Below, one piece after another: positions 1 to 9,658 of a stretch of DNA of 64,000 nt (the stretch's first letter is position 1; every line of letters starts with the position of its first letter). A program made the position numbers and the translations under genes. The DNA is from a candidate division WOR-1 bacterium RIFOXYB2_FULL_42_35 (GTDB lineage Bacteria > Margulisbacteria > WOR-1 > O2-12-FULL-45-9). Under the pieces are notes generated by a model. The model had not been told where the DNA came from and made no database searches. It saw nothing but the letters and a program-made list of their open reading frames with translations. The stretch lies in assembly GCA_001771545.1 (NCBI GenBank), contig MEUC01000002.1, forward strand, positions 3,909 through 67,908, read 5' to 3'.

Positions 1-1022
1 GAACCATTGGCCATAACAAAACCAGCAATACCGGTTGGCTTTAAATGATGAATAAAATGCTGGATCCAGGCATAATTGGCATTACCAGTCGGCGGCACCC
101 CATACTTCCAACGCACATCATTCTTTAACCCTTCCCCGCCCCAATCGCTGATATTAAACGGCGGATTAGCTAAGATAAAATCAGCTTTTAAATCTTGATG
201 TAAATCATTATTAAAACTGTCGGCATGATGCTGACCAAGATTACCGCTTATTCCCCGCAGCGCTAAATTCATTTTACACAAACGCCAGGTAGTAGGATTA
301 GACTCCTGGCCATAAACTGAAATATCATCAGTTCTGCCATCATGTGCTGCAATAAAAAGCTCGCTTTGCACAAACATACCACCACTACCACAACAAGGGT
401 CATAAACCCGGCCTTTAAATGGCTCAAGCATGGCAACCAGCAGCTTAACAACTGATTGAGGCGTAAAAAATTCACCGCCGCCTTTTCCTTCGGCGCTAGC
501 AAATCGACCTAGAAAGTATTCATAAATCCGACCTAAAATATCTTTTGACTGGCTTGCTTTATCCCCTAAGCCAATAGTGCCAAGCAAATCAATTATTTCA
601 CCCAACCGTGTTTTATCCAAAGCCGGCCTGGCATAACTTTTCTCCAAAACACCTCGCAAGCCCGGATTATCTTTTTCAATGACAATCATTGCATCATCAA
701 TAATTTTGCCAATTTCCGGTTTCTTGGCATTGTCTCTTAGATAGCTCCACCTGGCTTTTTTAGGCACCCAAAAGACATTTTTGGCTAAATATTCGTCTCG
801 ATCCTCTGCATCAGCATGAGAATCTTTTATTAGTTCGGCATGGAGTTCTTCAAATGAGTCGGAAATATATTTTAAAAAGATTAAACCAAGCACAACATGC
901 TTGTATTCGGCTGGATCCATATTGTTGCGCATTTTGTCAGCAGTTGCCCAGAGTTTTTCTTCAAAGCCGATGTTGGCTGAGGTTAATTTTATAGCCTGTA
1001 TTTTTTTCTTTTTAGTCATCAT
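1..1022 (-). CDS. hsdM: Type I restriction-modification N6-adenine DNA methyltransferase HsdM (partial; C-terminus runs off window start)
   Basis: Minus-strand translation from ATGATG at 1022-1017 gives [59 protein letters not shown]...[14 protein letters not shown]...[14 protein letters not shown]... (AdoMet motif I and NPPF motif IV). There is no stop before position 1, so the ORF track missed it. Confidence 0.85.
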   Translation of the reverse strand, partial: MMTKKKKIQAIKLTSANIGFEEKLWATADKMRNNMDPAEYKHVVLGLIFLKYISDSFEELHAELIKDSHADAEDRDEYLAKNVFWVPKKARWSYLRDNAKKPEIGKIIDDAMIVIEKDNPGLRGVLEKSYARPALDKTRLGEIIDLLGTIGLGDKASQSKDILGRIYEYFLGRFASAEGKGGGEFFTPQSVVKLLVAMLEPFKGRVYDPCCGSGGMFVQSELFIAAHDGRTDDISVYGQESNPTTWRLCKMNLALRGISGNLGQHHADSFNNDLHQDLKADFILANPPFNISDWGGEGLKNDVRWKYGVPPTGNANYAWIQHFIHHLKPTGIAGFVMANG

Positions 1023-1123
1023 AGCCCCCTTCATGTTTAATCTTTGTCTTCATTCTACAACTTTTCCTATTCCTATGCGAGTTGCTCCCCAACTCTGTAT
1101 TATGTTATATTATTACCAACAAA

Positions 1124-3361
1124 ATGTTTTTAAAATCTTTAATCTTACGCGGATTTAAGACCTTCGCAGATTTGACCGAGATCGAATTCCAAGAAGACGC
1201 TCGCATCACTGCGATCGTCGGACCCAACGGCTGCGGCAAAAGCAACCTGATGGACGCCACCCGCTGGGTGCTGGGGGAAGACAACTCCAGAGAACTTCGC
1301 GTTGCAACCCTTTCTGACATTATTTTTGCCGGCACAGCTACCAAACGATCCCTGTCCATGGCCGAAGTCACCCTGGTTTTTGACAACACCTCTGGCAAGC
1401 TGCCCATTGCTTTCTCAGAAGTCGGCATCAAACGCCGCACCTTCCGAGAAGGAGAAAGCGAATTTTTTATCAATAAAAACCTGTGCCGCTTAAAAGACAT
1501 TAGAGACCTTTTGCTTGATACAGGCATGGGCGAAGCCAGCTATTCTGTTATTACCCAGGGCCAGGTTGATTCTATTCTTTCCAGCAAAGGCGAAGAGCGA
1601 CGAGCAGTTTTTGAAGAAGCCGCTGGAATTAATAAATATAAATATCGCAAGAGCTCCGCAGAAAAAAAACTGATCGCTGCCGAACAAAACATCCTGCGCA
1701 TCAACGACCTGAAGATTGAAGTTGGCGAACAGATTATCACCCTGGAAGATCAAGCCGGAAAAGCCCGAGAATATCTTGATATTCAAACCAGGGTCAAAGA
1801 AACCGATATTGGGCTGAGTAAAAAACTGGTCAACGGCATCTTAGAGAAAAGAGGCCAGCTCTCCGCTGATTTAGAAAAGATTAAACAGGAAAACTCTGTT
1901 AAAAGAGAAGCGGAACAAAAAGACACCAATGAATTAGCAGCCTTTAAAGAAAAACACCGCAATCTTGAAATTGAGCTGGACGAACTACTAATTAAGCTTG
2001 AAGCCGATAAAGACGGCTTACGAGACATTGAACTTGACCGGCGCTTTGCTGAAGGGGAATTCAGGAGAGAAGAAAAAACCCTGATTGAGCTGGACAACAA
2101 AAAGAAAGACTTGGCAGAGAAGATTAGTGGCCTGAAACACTCCTTGGAGCAGTCAAGAACTGGCCTTGATTTAGCCAATATCCCTCACAGTGACTTTTTT
2201 AATCAAATGATCGAACAAATCTCGCACCTAGTCAGGGCCCTATCTGGTCTAATTACTTTTCTAGGCAAAGAGAACACTATCTCTCTTAATCTGGGGGGAT
2301 CAGAAGATAAAAGAGAGACCCTTAAATTAAAACTGGAGATGCTGGCCGAAGAAAATTCAAAAATTGACGAAGAAAAAGAAAAACTTACCTTTGCTCTCCA
2401 GGCCCACCGAGCTCAACTTGAAAACCTTAGCACCAAAATGACCGAAACCAAAGACAAACAAACCTCTTTTACCCTTATGCAAATCAAGAAAAAAGAGAAA
2501 GAGGACCTGTCACAAAATATTTTCACATTAGAAGAAAAAATTCGGGCGGAGGAAAAAGCCGAACGCGAAACACTGGGCAGAGAAACAACACTTGAAATTG
2601 CCTTGGCTAAGCTGGACGGAGAAATTGTTGGCATTAGCGAGCGGCTTTCGCTGGAATATAATATTTCTATGGAAGAATTGGAAGCCCTGCCCTATGAAGT
2701 CGGCAGCATTGCTAAGGCCAAAATGGATGTTGCCGCCGGCCGGGCCAGGTTGCGTGATCTTGAGCCGGTTAATCTTTTAGCTATTGAGGAATTTGAAAAA
2801 GCCAAAGAGCGTTTATCTTTTATTGAAGCCCAGCTGATTGATTTAAACTCAGCCAGAGAAAACCTAAGAAGTTTAATGGCAGAATTAGACATCAAAGCCG
2901 AGCAAGACTTTTTGCAAACCATGGAACAGGTCTCTCAAGTATTTTCTGAGACTTTTTCCAAACTCTTTGTTGGGGGTGAAGCCAGGATTTCGCTTTCAAC
3001 GGATAAGCCGGCACTAGAAGCCGAGATAGAAATTTCCGTTCGGCCGGCCGGGCGTAAGTGGCTCCCCTTGCCTCTTTTGTCCGGAGGAGAAAGATCTTTA
3101 TCGGCCATTGCGATTCTTTTCTCGCTGTTAAAAATCAGACCGAGCCCGTTCTGTTTTTTGGATGAAGTTGATGCGGCCCTTGATGACGCCAATGTTAATC
3201 GCTTTACGGAAATGCTCAAAGATTTTTCCGGTCAGAGCCAGATTATTGTTATCACTCATAACAAACGCACCATGGCTATTGCCGATAACATCTACGGGGT
3301 CACCATGGAAGAGCCAGGGATTTCCAAGGTAATCTCGATGAAGCTAGCCCAAGCCGTTTAA
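1124..3361 (+). CDS. smc: SMC-family chromosome segregation ATPase, unusually short (about 745 aa) with a minimal hinge
   Basis: N-terminus MFLKSLILRGFKTFADLTEIEF...ITAIVGPNGCGKSNLMDATRWVLGEDNS (Walker A, SMC N-head). C-terminus LSGGERSLSAIAILFSLLKIRPSPFCFLDEVDAALDDANV (ABC signature plus Walker B). Long coiled-coil (E/K-rich) region between the heads. Start chosen at MFLKS (1124) rather than ORF-track 1082. Confidence 0.85.
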   Translation: MFLKSLILRGFKTFADLTEIEFQEDARITAIVGPNGCGKSNLMDATRWVLGEDNSRELRVATLSDIIFAGTATKRSLSMAEVTLVFDNTSGKLPIAFSEVGIKRRTFREGESEFFINKNLCRLKDIRDLLLDTGMGEASYSVITQGQVDSILSSKGEERRAVFEEAAGINKYKYRKSSAEKKLIAAEQNILRINDLKIEVGEQIITLEDQAGKAREYLDIQTRVKETDIGLSKKLVNGILEKRGQLSADLEKIKQENSVKREAEQKDTNELAAFKEKHRNLEIELDELLIKLEADKDGLRDIELDRRFAEGEFRREEKTLIELDNKKKDLAEKISGLKHSLEQSRTGLDLANIPHSDFFNQMIEQISHLVRALSGLITFLGKENTISLNLGGSEDKRETLKLKLEMLAEENSKIDEEKEKLTFALQAHRAQLENLSTKMTETKDKQTSFTLMQIKKKEKEDLSQNIFTLEEKIRAEEKAERETLGRETTLEIALAKLDGEIVGISERLSLEYNISMEELEALPYEVGSIAKAKMDVAAGRARLRDLEPVNLLAIEEFEKAKERLSFIEAQLIDLNSARENLRSLMAELDIKAEQDFLQTMEQVSQVFSETFSKLFVGGEARISLSTDKPALEAEIEISVRPAGRKWLPLPLLSGGERSLSAIAILFSLLKIRPSPFCFLDEVDAALDDANVNRFTEMLKDFSGQSQIIVITHNKRTMAIADNIYGVTMEEPGISKVISMKLAQAV

Positions 3362-3477
3362 AGACAAACCGCCTCGTTGCCCTCCCCATTAAAATTAACA
3401 ATAAACAATGACCGATTTTGGTATATAATAATTCATATCAAACACAACTGGGCTTCCCTTGTTGTAGATTATTAATT

Positions 3478-6198
3478 ATGAATACTAATTATTTAACTGC
3501 TAATTGGTTGCTAAGGTTGCTGGGCTTGTTGTTTCTTGCCGCTTCGTTCTTTTTGCCCGGCCCGGTCTCGGCGGATAGTCCCAAAGCACTCTGGGACGCA
3601 AATGGCAAAGTCATCAACAATACCCCGGGAAACACTGTCCAACAAAACCCTAAAATAATTTCTGACAGTCAGGGCAATTCTCTTGTGGTTTGGGAAGATG
3701 GACGAGCTGGCAATTATGATCTTTATGCCCAAAAGCTCGACTCCTCCGGTAAAAAACTTTGGCTGAGCAGCGGCGTAGTTGTTTGCCGCCATTTTGGCAA
3801 TCAAAATTCCGCTCAAATAATTAGCGACGGGAACGGAGGAGCCATAATTGTCTGGCAGGATTATCGGGATAAAAATGCCGACATTTTCGTTCAACATCTT
3901 GATAGCCAAGGACAAGCTGTTTGGGGGGAGGCCGGTAAAGCGGTTTGTCAGTTGGCAGAAGGACAATTTGCCCCCCAGTTAATTACTGATAATAACGGCG
4001 GCGCAATAATCACTTGGCACGATTATCGCAGTAAAATAGGCGAAGACATTTATGCTCAAAGGATTGACAGTAGCGGTCAGGCTCTTTGGCTGGAGAATGG
4101 TCAAGCTGTCTGTACTGTTAATGGCACCCAATGGTACCCAAAAATTGTTACCGACGGTTTAGATGGGGCCATAATTGTTTGGACAGATGGAAGAATTAGC
4201 CCCGCTGATAACAATATTTACGCCCAACGCCTTGATCCAAAAGGAAATTCCCTCTGGCAAAAAGACGGGGTCAGCCTCTGTCAGGCCAAACAAAACCAAG
4301 AATATCCTGCTGTCATAGCCAGTGATGGCGGAGCCATAGTTGTTTGGACCGACTCTCGTTTTAATAACGCCGATATCTTTGGTCAAAAGATTGATCTGAA
4401 TGGACAAAGTCTCTGGCAAAAAGATGGGGTAGAGGTTTGTGCTTTTAACTACGATCAAGAGCACCCTCGGTTGAGTAGCGATGGAGCTGGTGGTGCTGTG
4501 GTAGCCTGGCAAGACCAGCGCGGAACAGAAACAGCAATTTATGCTCAAAAACTCTCAGCAACCGGCCAAAATGAATGGCAGGAAGATGGTCGGCAAATTA
4601 GCCAATTTGGCAATAACCATCAAGACCTTATTATCTCTAAATTAACCGGCGAAGATTGGGTTGTTGTCTGGGAAGAGACCAGAAACAACCAAAATTCTTT
4701 GTTGGCCCAAAAAATAAATAGTTCTGGGATCCCACTCTGGTCAAGCGGGGGAATGGCCCTAACTCAACCAAATTACAGCCAAAAGACTGCTGCAGTTGCT
4801 GCCGGCTCAAAGGGAGAAATAATTGTTGCCTGGCAAGATAAGCGTTTTGGCCAAGATGACATCTATGGGCAAAAGATTTCTTCCGACGGAACCCTCTTGT
4901 GGAGCAAGGGCGGCCAGGAAATTTGCCGAACCCAGGGGGCCGTTACCCAACAGAACATCCAAACAGTACTAACACAAAACCAAGGAGTTGTCTTAGCCTT
5001 TGAAGATGCCAGAGCTGGATTTTTTAATATTTATCTGCAAAAAGTTGGAACCAAGGGAGAATTGCTTTGGGGCCAAAACGCCCTGCCTGTTGATAAGATT
5101 GCTGCCAACCAAGCAAACCCAAGCCTTGTGTCGGATGGCAAGTCAGGAATAATTGTTGTTTGGGAAGACCAACGCGACAAAAAATATTCTTCAATTCGTG
5201 CCCAACATTTTAATGCTCAAGGCGAAAAACTCTGGCCCAGCAGCTTAGTTTTGGCCAAATTCAACTCTCGACAAGTCAATCCCATTATGGTTGCCGATGA
5301 AACTGGCGGAGCAATTGTTGCCTGGCAGGAGAATCGCGATGTGCTAAGTTTGCAGGACATTTACGCCCAACGGATTTCCGCCTCGGGCAAATTACTTTGG
5401 GGAGGGAAGGGTAAAACTATTATTTCCGAGAACGGCGATCAGACAGATTTAACCATGATTCCCGATAGTCAGGGAGGCGCTATTATTGCCTGGACTGATT
5501 ATCGCCATGGCGATAGGAATCCGGATATTTATGCCCAAAGAGTTAATTCTCAAGGCAAACTTTTATGGCCGGATAAAACCGGTATTGCTGTTTGCAGTGC
5601 CCCTGATATCCAACGCAACCCCAAATTAACCGGCGACGAAGAGGGTGGCGCTATTATTGCCTGGACTGATCGTGGTGGTGGCAGTTATGATATTTACGCT
5701 CAGCGGGTTGACCAAAAAGGTAAAACACTTTGGCTAAGAGACGGGATCCCTATTAACCAACTAAGCCGCACCCAGCAAAACCCTAAATTCGGCACCGATA
5801 GCATCGTCGTCTGGGAAGATTATCGCTTTGGCAACTGGGACATTTTTGCCGGTTCAATTAACAAATCAGGCAAACTCCTTTGGGGGGAAATGGGCTCAAA
5901 TATTGCGGTCATCCCCCAAACCCAATACGCACCACAGATTGCCAAATGGAAAGATGAGCAGGTCATTGTTGTTTGGGAAGATTATCGCAGTGGTCAACAA
6001 TATGAAATTTATATTCAAAAGCTAAACAGCAGCGGCCAGCCTTTGTGGACAGAAAATGGTTTCCGAGTAAACACCAGCAATGGAGCCCGATTTCCCCAAT
6101 TAATTACCATCCCCACTAATAATACCTTTTATGTTTTCTGGGAAGATTTTACAGATGGCAACCGCGCCATCTTTGGACAGAAATTCAGCTCCAACTAA
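3478..6198 (+). CDS. Secreted tandem-repeat protein (17 repeats of about 53 aa, beta-propeller-like); function unknown
   Basis: Signal peptide MNTNYLTANWLLRLLGLLFLAASFFLPGPVSA. The body is repeats of the consensus ...LW..G..VC.......P.I..D..GGAIIVW.D.R.G..DIYAQRID..G... ORF-track start 3418 is probably too far upstream; start placed at the M of MNTNY. Confidence 0.6.
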   Translation: MNTNYLTANWLLRLLGLLFLAASFFLPGPVSADSPKALWDANGKVINNTPGNTVQQNPKIISDSQGNSLVVWEDGRAGNYDLYAQKLDSSGKKLWLSSGVVVCRHFGNQNSAQIISDGNGGAIIVWQDYRDKNADIFVQHLDSQGQAVWGEAGKAVCQLAEGQFAPQLITDNNGGAIITWHDYRSKIGEDIYAQRIDSSGQALWLENGQAVCTVNGTQWYPKIVTDGLDGAIIVWTDGRISPADNNIYAQRLDPKGNSLWQKDGVSLCQAKQNQEYPAVIASDGGAIVVWTDSRFNNADIFGQKIDLNGQSLWQKDGVEVCAFNYDQEHPRLSSDGAGGAVVAWQDQRGTETAIYAQKLSATGQNEWQEDGRQISQFGNNHQDLIISKLTGEDWVVVWEETRNNQNSLLAQKINSSGIPLWSSGGMALTQPNYSQKTAAVAAGSKGEIIVAWQDKRFGQDDIYGQKISSDGTLLWSKGGQEICRTQGAVTQQNIQTVLTQNQGVVLAFEDARAGFFNIYLQKVGTKGELLWGQNALPVDKIAANQANPSLVSDGKSGIIVVWEDQRDKKYSSIRAQHFNAQGEKLWPSSLVLAKFNSRQVNPIMVADETGGAIVAWQENRDVLSLQDIYAQRISASGKLLWGGKGKTIISENGDQTDLTMIPDSQGGAIIAWTDYRHGDRNPDIYAQRVNSQGKLLWPDKTGIAVCSAPDIQRNPKLTGDEEGGAIIAWTDRGGGSYDIYAQRVDQKGKTLWLRDGIPINQLSRTQQNPKFGTDSIVVWEDYRFGNWDIFAGSINKSGKLLWGEMGSNIAVIPQTQYAPQIAKWKDEQVIVVWEDYRSGQQYEIYIQKLNSSGQPLWTENGFRVNTSNGARFPQLITIPTNNTFYVFWEDFTDGNRAIFGQKFSSN

Positions 6199-6199
6199 A

Positions 6200-6234
6200 A
6201 GGGCAAGGGATGAACCCTTGCCCTATATTATTTT
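6200..6234. terminator. Bidirectional rho-independent terminator between the convergent repeat-protein gene and metK
   Basis: Perfect 10-bp stem AGGGCAAGGG-atgaa-CCCTTGCCCT followed by ATATTATTTT. Confidence 0.7.
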
Positions 6235-6252
6235 CAGCGATCCAACAGAAAC

Positions 6253-7449
6253 CTAAAGTTTGCTCGCTCTTTTCTTTAATTCGGCTGCCTTATCAGTCTT
6301 TTCCCAGGGCAGATCAAGCTCTGGCCGGCCAAAGTGACCGTAAGCAGCAACTTGTTGATAGATAGGTCGCCTTAGTTTTAGGTGTTTGATAATCATGCCC
6401 GGCCGTAGATCAAAAACCTCTTCAACAAGTTTGCCAATTTTAACATCGGGAATCACCCCTGAATTGTAAGTATCAACCATTACCGAAAGAGGCCGCGCAA
6501 TGCCAATGCCGTAGGCAATCTGCACTTCGCATCTTCTGGCCAAGCCGGCGGCTACAACGTTTTTTGCTACCCAACGAGCCGCATAAGTGCCGGAGCGGTC
6601 AACCTTGGTTGGATCTTTGCCGGAAAAAGCTCCGCCGCCATGTCTGGCATAGCCGCCATAGGTATCAACAATAATTTTGCGGCCTGTAACACCACTGTCT
6701 CCTTGTGGTCCACCAATGACAAATCTGCCGGTTGGATTAACATAATATTTTGTTTCGTTATCAATCAGCTCCGCCGGCAAAGTAGGCAAAATAACCCGCT
6801 CAATAATATCGGTTCTAATCTGCTTAACATCTACTTCCGGGGCATGCTGTGCCGCGATCAAAGCAGTGGTAATTCTAAATGGCTTGCCGTCTTTATATTC
6901 TACGGTTACCTGGGATTTTCCGTCCGGCCGCAGATAAGAGAGTTCGCCGGTTTTTCTGACCTCAGCTAATTTCTTCGCCAATTTATGGGACAAGACAATT
7001 GGCAAAGGCATTAATTCTTCTGTTTCGCTGCAAGCAAAACCAAACATTAGACCCTGATCCCCGGCTCCCAAGCCTTCTAAATCTTCTTTGGTTACTTCCC
7101 CACCCTTAATTTCCAAGGCTTTATCAACCCCGCGGGCAATATCTTTGGATTGTTCTTTGATAGCCACTAAAACGCCACAGGTTTCATAATCAAAACCATA
7201 TTTCGCTCTGGTATAACCAATGTCTTTAATGGTTTTTCTGACAATTTGGGGAATATCAACGTAACAACCGGTAGTAACTTCGCCAGCCACAACACACAAC
7301 CCATTGGTAACCAAGGTTTCTACTGCTACGCGGCCAACAGGATCTTTTTCCAGGATAGCATCGAGAATAGCATCGGAAATCTGGTCGCAGACTTTATCGG
7401 GGTGGCCTTCAGTCACAGATTCGGACGTAAACAAACCGTTCTTCTTCAT
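6253..7449 (-). CDS. metK: S-adenosylmethionine synthetase
   Basis: [33 protein letters not shown]...; full-length 398 aa; GGGAGG RBS upstream. Confidence 0.95.
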   Translation of the reverse strand: MKKNGLFTSESVTEGHPDKVCDQISDAILDAILEKDPVGRVAVETLVTNGLCVVAGEVTTGCYVDIPQIVRKTIKDIGYTRAKYGFDYETCGVLVAIKEQSKDIARGVDKALEIKGGEVTKEDLEGLGAGDQGLMFGFACSETEELMPLPIVLSHKLAKKLAEVRKTGELSYLRPDGKSQVTVEYKDGKPFRITTALIAAQHAPEVDVKQIRTDIIERVILPTLPAELIDNETKYYVNPTGRFVIGGPQGDSGVTGRKIIVDTYGGYARHGGGAFSGKDPTKVDRSGTYAARWVAKNVVAAGLARRCEVQIAYGIGIARPLSVMVDTYNSGVIPDVKIGKLVEEVFDLRPGMIIKHLKLRRPIYQQVAAYGHFGRPELDLPWEKTDKAAELKKRASKL

Positions 7450-7524
7450 CTTATTTTTCCTCCCTCTTGCGAGCGGACCGGAATTCTTTTTGAAGATCCA
7501 ATCTCACTATTTAATTATCGATTA

Positions 7525-7553
7525 ATTATACCCAGCAGGGTTTGCTTTGTCAA
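7525..7553 (-). promoter_or_regulatory. Consensus sigma70-type promoter for metK (TTGACA-N17-TATAAT on minus strand)
   Basis: Plus strand TGTCAA at 7548-7553 and ATTATA at 7525-7530 with a 17-nt spacer. The 5'UTR is about 65 nt, too short for an S-box riboswitch. Confidence 0.6.
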
Positions 7554-7578
7554 ACATCTCATAATATAATGGTTAAGT

Positions 7579-8001
7579 ATGGGTAACCTAAGCGAACATT
7601 TTAACAGTAAAGACTTTGCCTGCCATTGCCCAGAATGCCGCGGTGAATATAAAATTCATCTTGGCTTGGTTGGCGCCCTGGAAATGATTGGCGGGCACTT
7701 CAGGAAAAAAGTTCGCGTCCTTTCTGCGTTTTGGTGTGATACTTATAACGAAAGACAAAACCGACCGAAGCGCAGTTGGCATGCCAGAGGGAAAGCCGCT
7801 CATATTATTATTGAGGGTGTTTCTATTCAAGACCTTTTCAAATTTGCCGAAACGATTCCAGAAGCCCGCGGACTAGGTTTATATCCTAAAGAAAATTTAG
7901 TTCATATCGACACCCGTCCAGGCGACCCTGTTAGATTTGTTAAAGAAGGGAACGATTATCATCCCCTCACCGATGACAGAAGAACCAAATACGGATTATG
8001 A
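7579..8001 (+). CDS. Peptidase M15A / DUF882 (YcbK-like) zinc D,D-carboxypeptidase-like protein
   Basis: FACHCPEC...SAFWCDTYNERQNRPKRSWHARGKAAHIII...NLVHIDTRPGD matches the YcbK/Peptidase_M15_3 pattern. Its stop overlaps the xerC start (ATGA). Confidence 0.65.
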   Translation: MGNLSEHFNSKDFACHCPECRGEYKIHLGLVGALEMIGGHFRKKVRVLSAFWCDTYNERQNRPKRSWHARGKAAHIIIEGVSIQDLFKFAETIPEARGLGLYPKENLVHIDTRPGDPVRFVKEGNDYHPLTDDRRTKYGL

Positions 8002-8894
8002 GCCCGCAACTCGGAACTCGGAACCCGAAATTAATAGATAAGTTCATCAACTACCTCAAGACCGAACGCAATTACTCACCACATACAACCAGCAACTACC
8101 AACGCGACCTAATCTTTCTCATGGATCTTTTAAAGGGGAAGAAATTTGATCGCTCGGCTGCACGGGAATACTTGATTGCCTTGGAACAAAAACATTTTTC
8201 CCGTCGTTCAGTGGCTAGAAAGCTTTCTGCGGCACGCTCATTTTTCCGTTATCTCTTGAGAGAGAAACTGGTTGAGCAGAATCCGTTTGCCAACTTAGTA
8301 ACCCCTAAGCTGCCTAGAAAACTCCCCAACTTCCTCTATCCGGAAGAACTGGACCGCTTACTGAAAGGTCCTGATTTAAAGGCTCCCCTTGGTCTACGCG
8401 ACAAAGCTATCTTGGAAATGATTTATGGCACAGGGCTACGGGTAGCGGAACTTATTATGATTAACAAGAACGATGTTGATTTTGAGGAAGGAGAAGTAAA
8501 GGTCTTGGGTAAAGGTTCTAAAGAACGGATTGTTTTGTTTGGTTCTCATGCTAAAGGCGCCCTATTAACATATCTAAAAGACGCCAGGGATAAACTCAGA
8601 AGCAATAAAGAAATTGCGGCTTTTTTTGTTAATCGTCGCGGCGGCCGTTTAACCGCTCGATCGATCGAAAGGATGCTAGTATATTATAGTAAAAAGGCAG
8701 GAATAACCAAGAAGGTAACTCCCCACACTCTAAGACACTCCTTTGCTACCCATCTTTTAGCTGGCGGCGCTGACCTTCGAATGGTTCAGGAATTGCTTGG
8801 GCATGTTTCACTTTCAACCACTCAAGTCTACACCCATATTACCAAAGAACGCCTCAAGGAAGTCTACGATTCTGCTCATCCACGATCGAGTTAG
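7998..8894 (+). CDS. xerC: Tyrosine site-specific recombinase XerC/XerD
   Basis: C-terminal catalytic region RHSFATHLLAGGADLRMVQELLGHVSLSTTQVYTH. The N-terminus carries an extra MSPQLGTRNPK extension encoded by a heptamer repeat. Confidence 0.88.
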   Translation: MSPQLGTRNPKLIDKFINYLKTERNYSPHTTSNYQRDLIFLMDLLKGKKFDRSAAREYLIALEQKHFSRRSVARKLSAARSFFRYLLREKLVEQNPFANLVTPKLPRKLPNFLYPEELDRLLKGPDLKAPLGLRDKAILEMIYGTGLRVAELIMINKNDVDFEEGEVKVLGKGSKERIVLFGSHAKGALLTYLKDARDKLRSNKEIAAFFVNRRGGRLTARSIERMLVYYSKKAGITKKVTPHTLRHSFATHLLAGGADLRMVQELLGHVSLSTTQVYTHITKERLKEVYDSAHPRSS

Positions 8895-9003
8895 CTTGCT
8901 CCGCCCTACAAAATCCAGTATAATCATTAGTTGTTGTCCCGACGTCTGCTTCACCGAGTCGGGATCCCGAAACACATTGAAAATTTAATAGCAAGGAATC
9001 GGG

Positions 9004-9447
9004 ATGAAAATTGACCTAACAAAGCTAGTACAAAAGATTGGTGAAGAAGCTGATATAGAAGAGACCCTGGATCAAGCCAGGATCAGTTCACAAGAAGATG
9101 GCTTGCAGGTTACAGCCCCAGTAAAGATTAATTTGCATTTAATTAATACGGGGAATTCGGTTCTGGTTCGCGGGACAGTTGAAACAGAACTCGAGCTAGA
9201 ATGCTCTAGATGCCTGAAAGCTTACAATCTGCCTGTTGCAGTGAAAATTGACGAAGCCTATGGCCAGGCTGTCCCGGAAAAGACCGGCAAAGAAGTAGAG
9301 CTTAAGGAAGAAGATTTTGTTTTCCCGATTGAAAAAGACAACCGCATTGATCTCTCGGAAACAATCAGACAAAATCTGCTTCTGGCCATACCAATTAAAA
9401 CTTTGTGTCAAGAAGACTGTAAGGGAATAAAACAAAAAGGAGAATAG
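9004..9447 (+). CDS. yceD: YceD/DUF177 family protein (23S rRNA accumulation protein), upstream of rpmF
   Basis: Conserved position before rpmF-plsX; CSRCL ... CQEDCKG cysteine motifs. Confidence 0.75.
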   Translation: MKIDLTKLVQKIGEEADIEETLDQARISSQEDGLQVTAPVKINLHLINTGNSVLVRGTVETELELECSRCLKAYNLPVAVKIDEAYGQAVPEKTGKEVELKEEDFVFPIEKDNRIDLSETIRQNLLLAIPIKTLCQEDCKGIKQKGE

Positions 9448-9451
9448 AATC

Positions 9452-9658
9452 ATGCCGCAACCGAAAAAGAGACACTCGAATCGACGCCAGGGAAAGAGAC
9501 GCTTTTCCAATTATAAGCTTAAGGCCACAGCCCTCGGAACCTGCCCCCAATGCAGCGCCCCAATCCTCCCCCATCATGCTTGTCCGACCTGTGGAACCTA
9601 CAAGGGGATCGGCATCGTAGAAATTAAGACAAAGAAGACCGGTAAGGGGAAAAAATAG
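9452..9658 (+). CDS. rpmF: 50S ribosomal protein L32
   Basis: MPQPKKRHSNRRQGKRR...CPQCSAPILPHHACPTCGTYKG. Confidence 0.9.
   Translation: MPQPKKRHSNRRQGKRRFSNYKLKATALGTCPQCSAPILPHHACPTCGTYKGIGIVEIKTKKTGKGKK

Noticed and set aside
1105-3219. Multiple minus- and plus-strand ORFs inside smc (1105-1527, 1490-1786, 1783-2178, 2935-3219 etc.)
   Set aside because: They overlap a strongly supported SMC reading frame and have low-complexity K/E-mirror composition (S/L/F-rich), typical of antisense artefacts.
3511-4548. Antisense ORFs within the repeat-protein gene
   Set aside because: Antisense to a gene with clear signal peptide and repeat structure; no RBS.
7450-7578. SAM (S-box) riboswitch upstream of metK
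   Set aside because: The 5'UTR after the TTGACA-N17-TATAAT promoter is only about 65 nt and lacks S-box conserved helices. Too short for a SAM-I aptamer.
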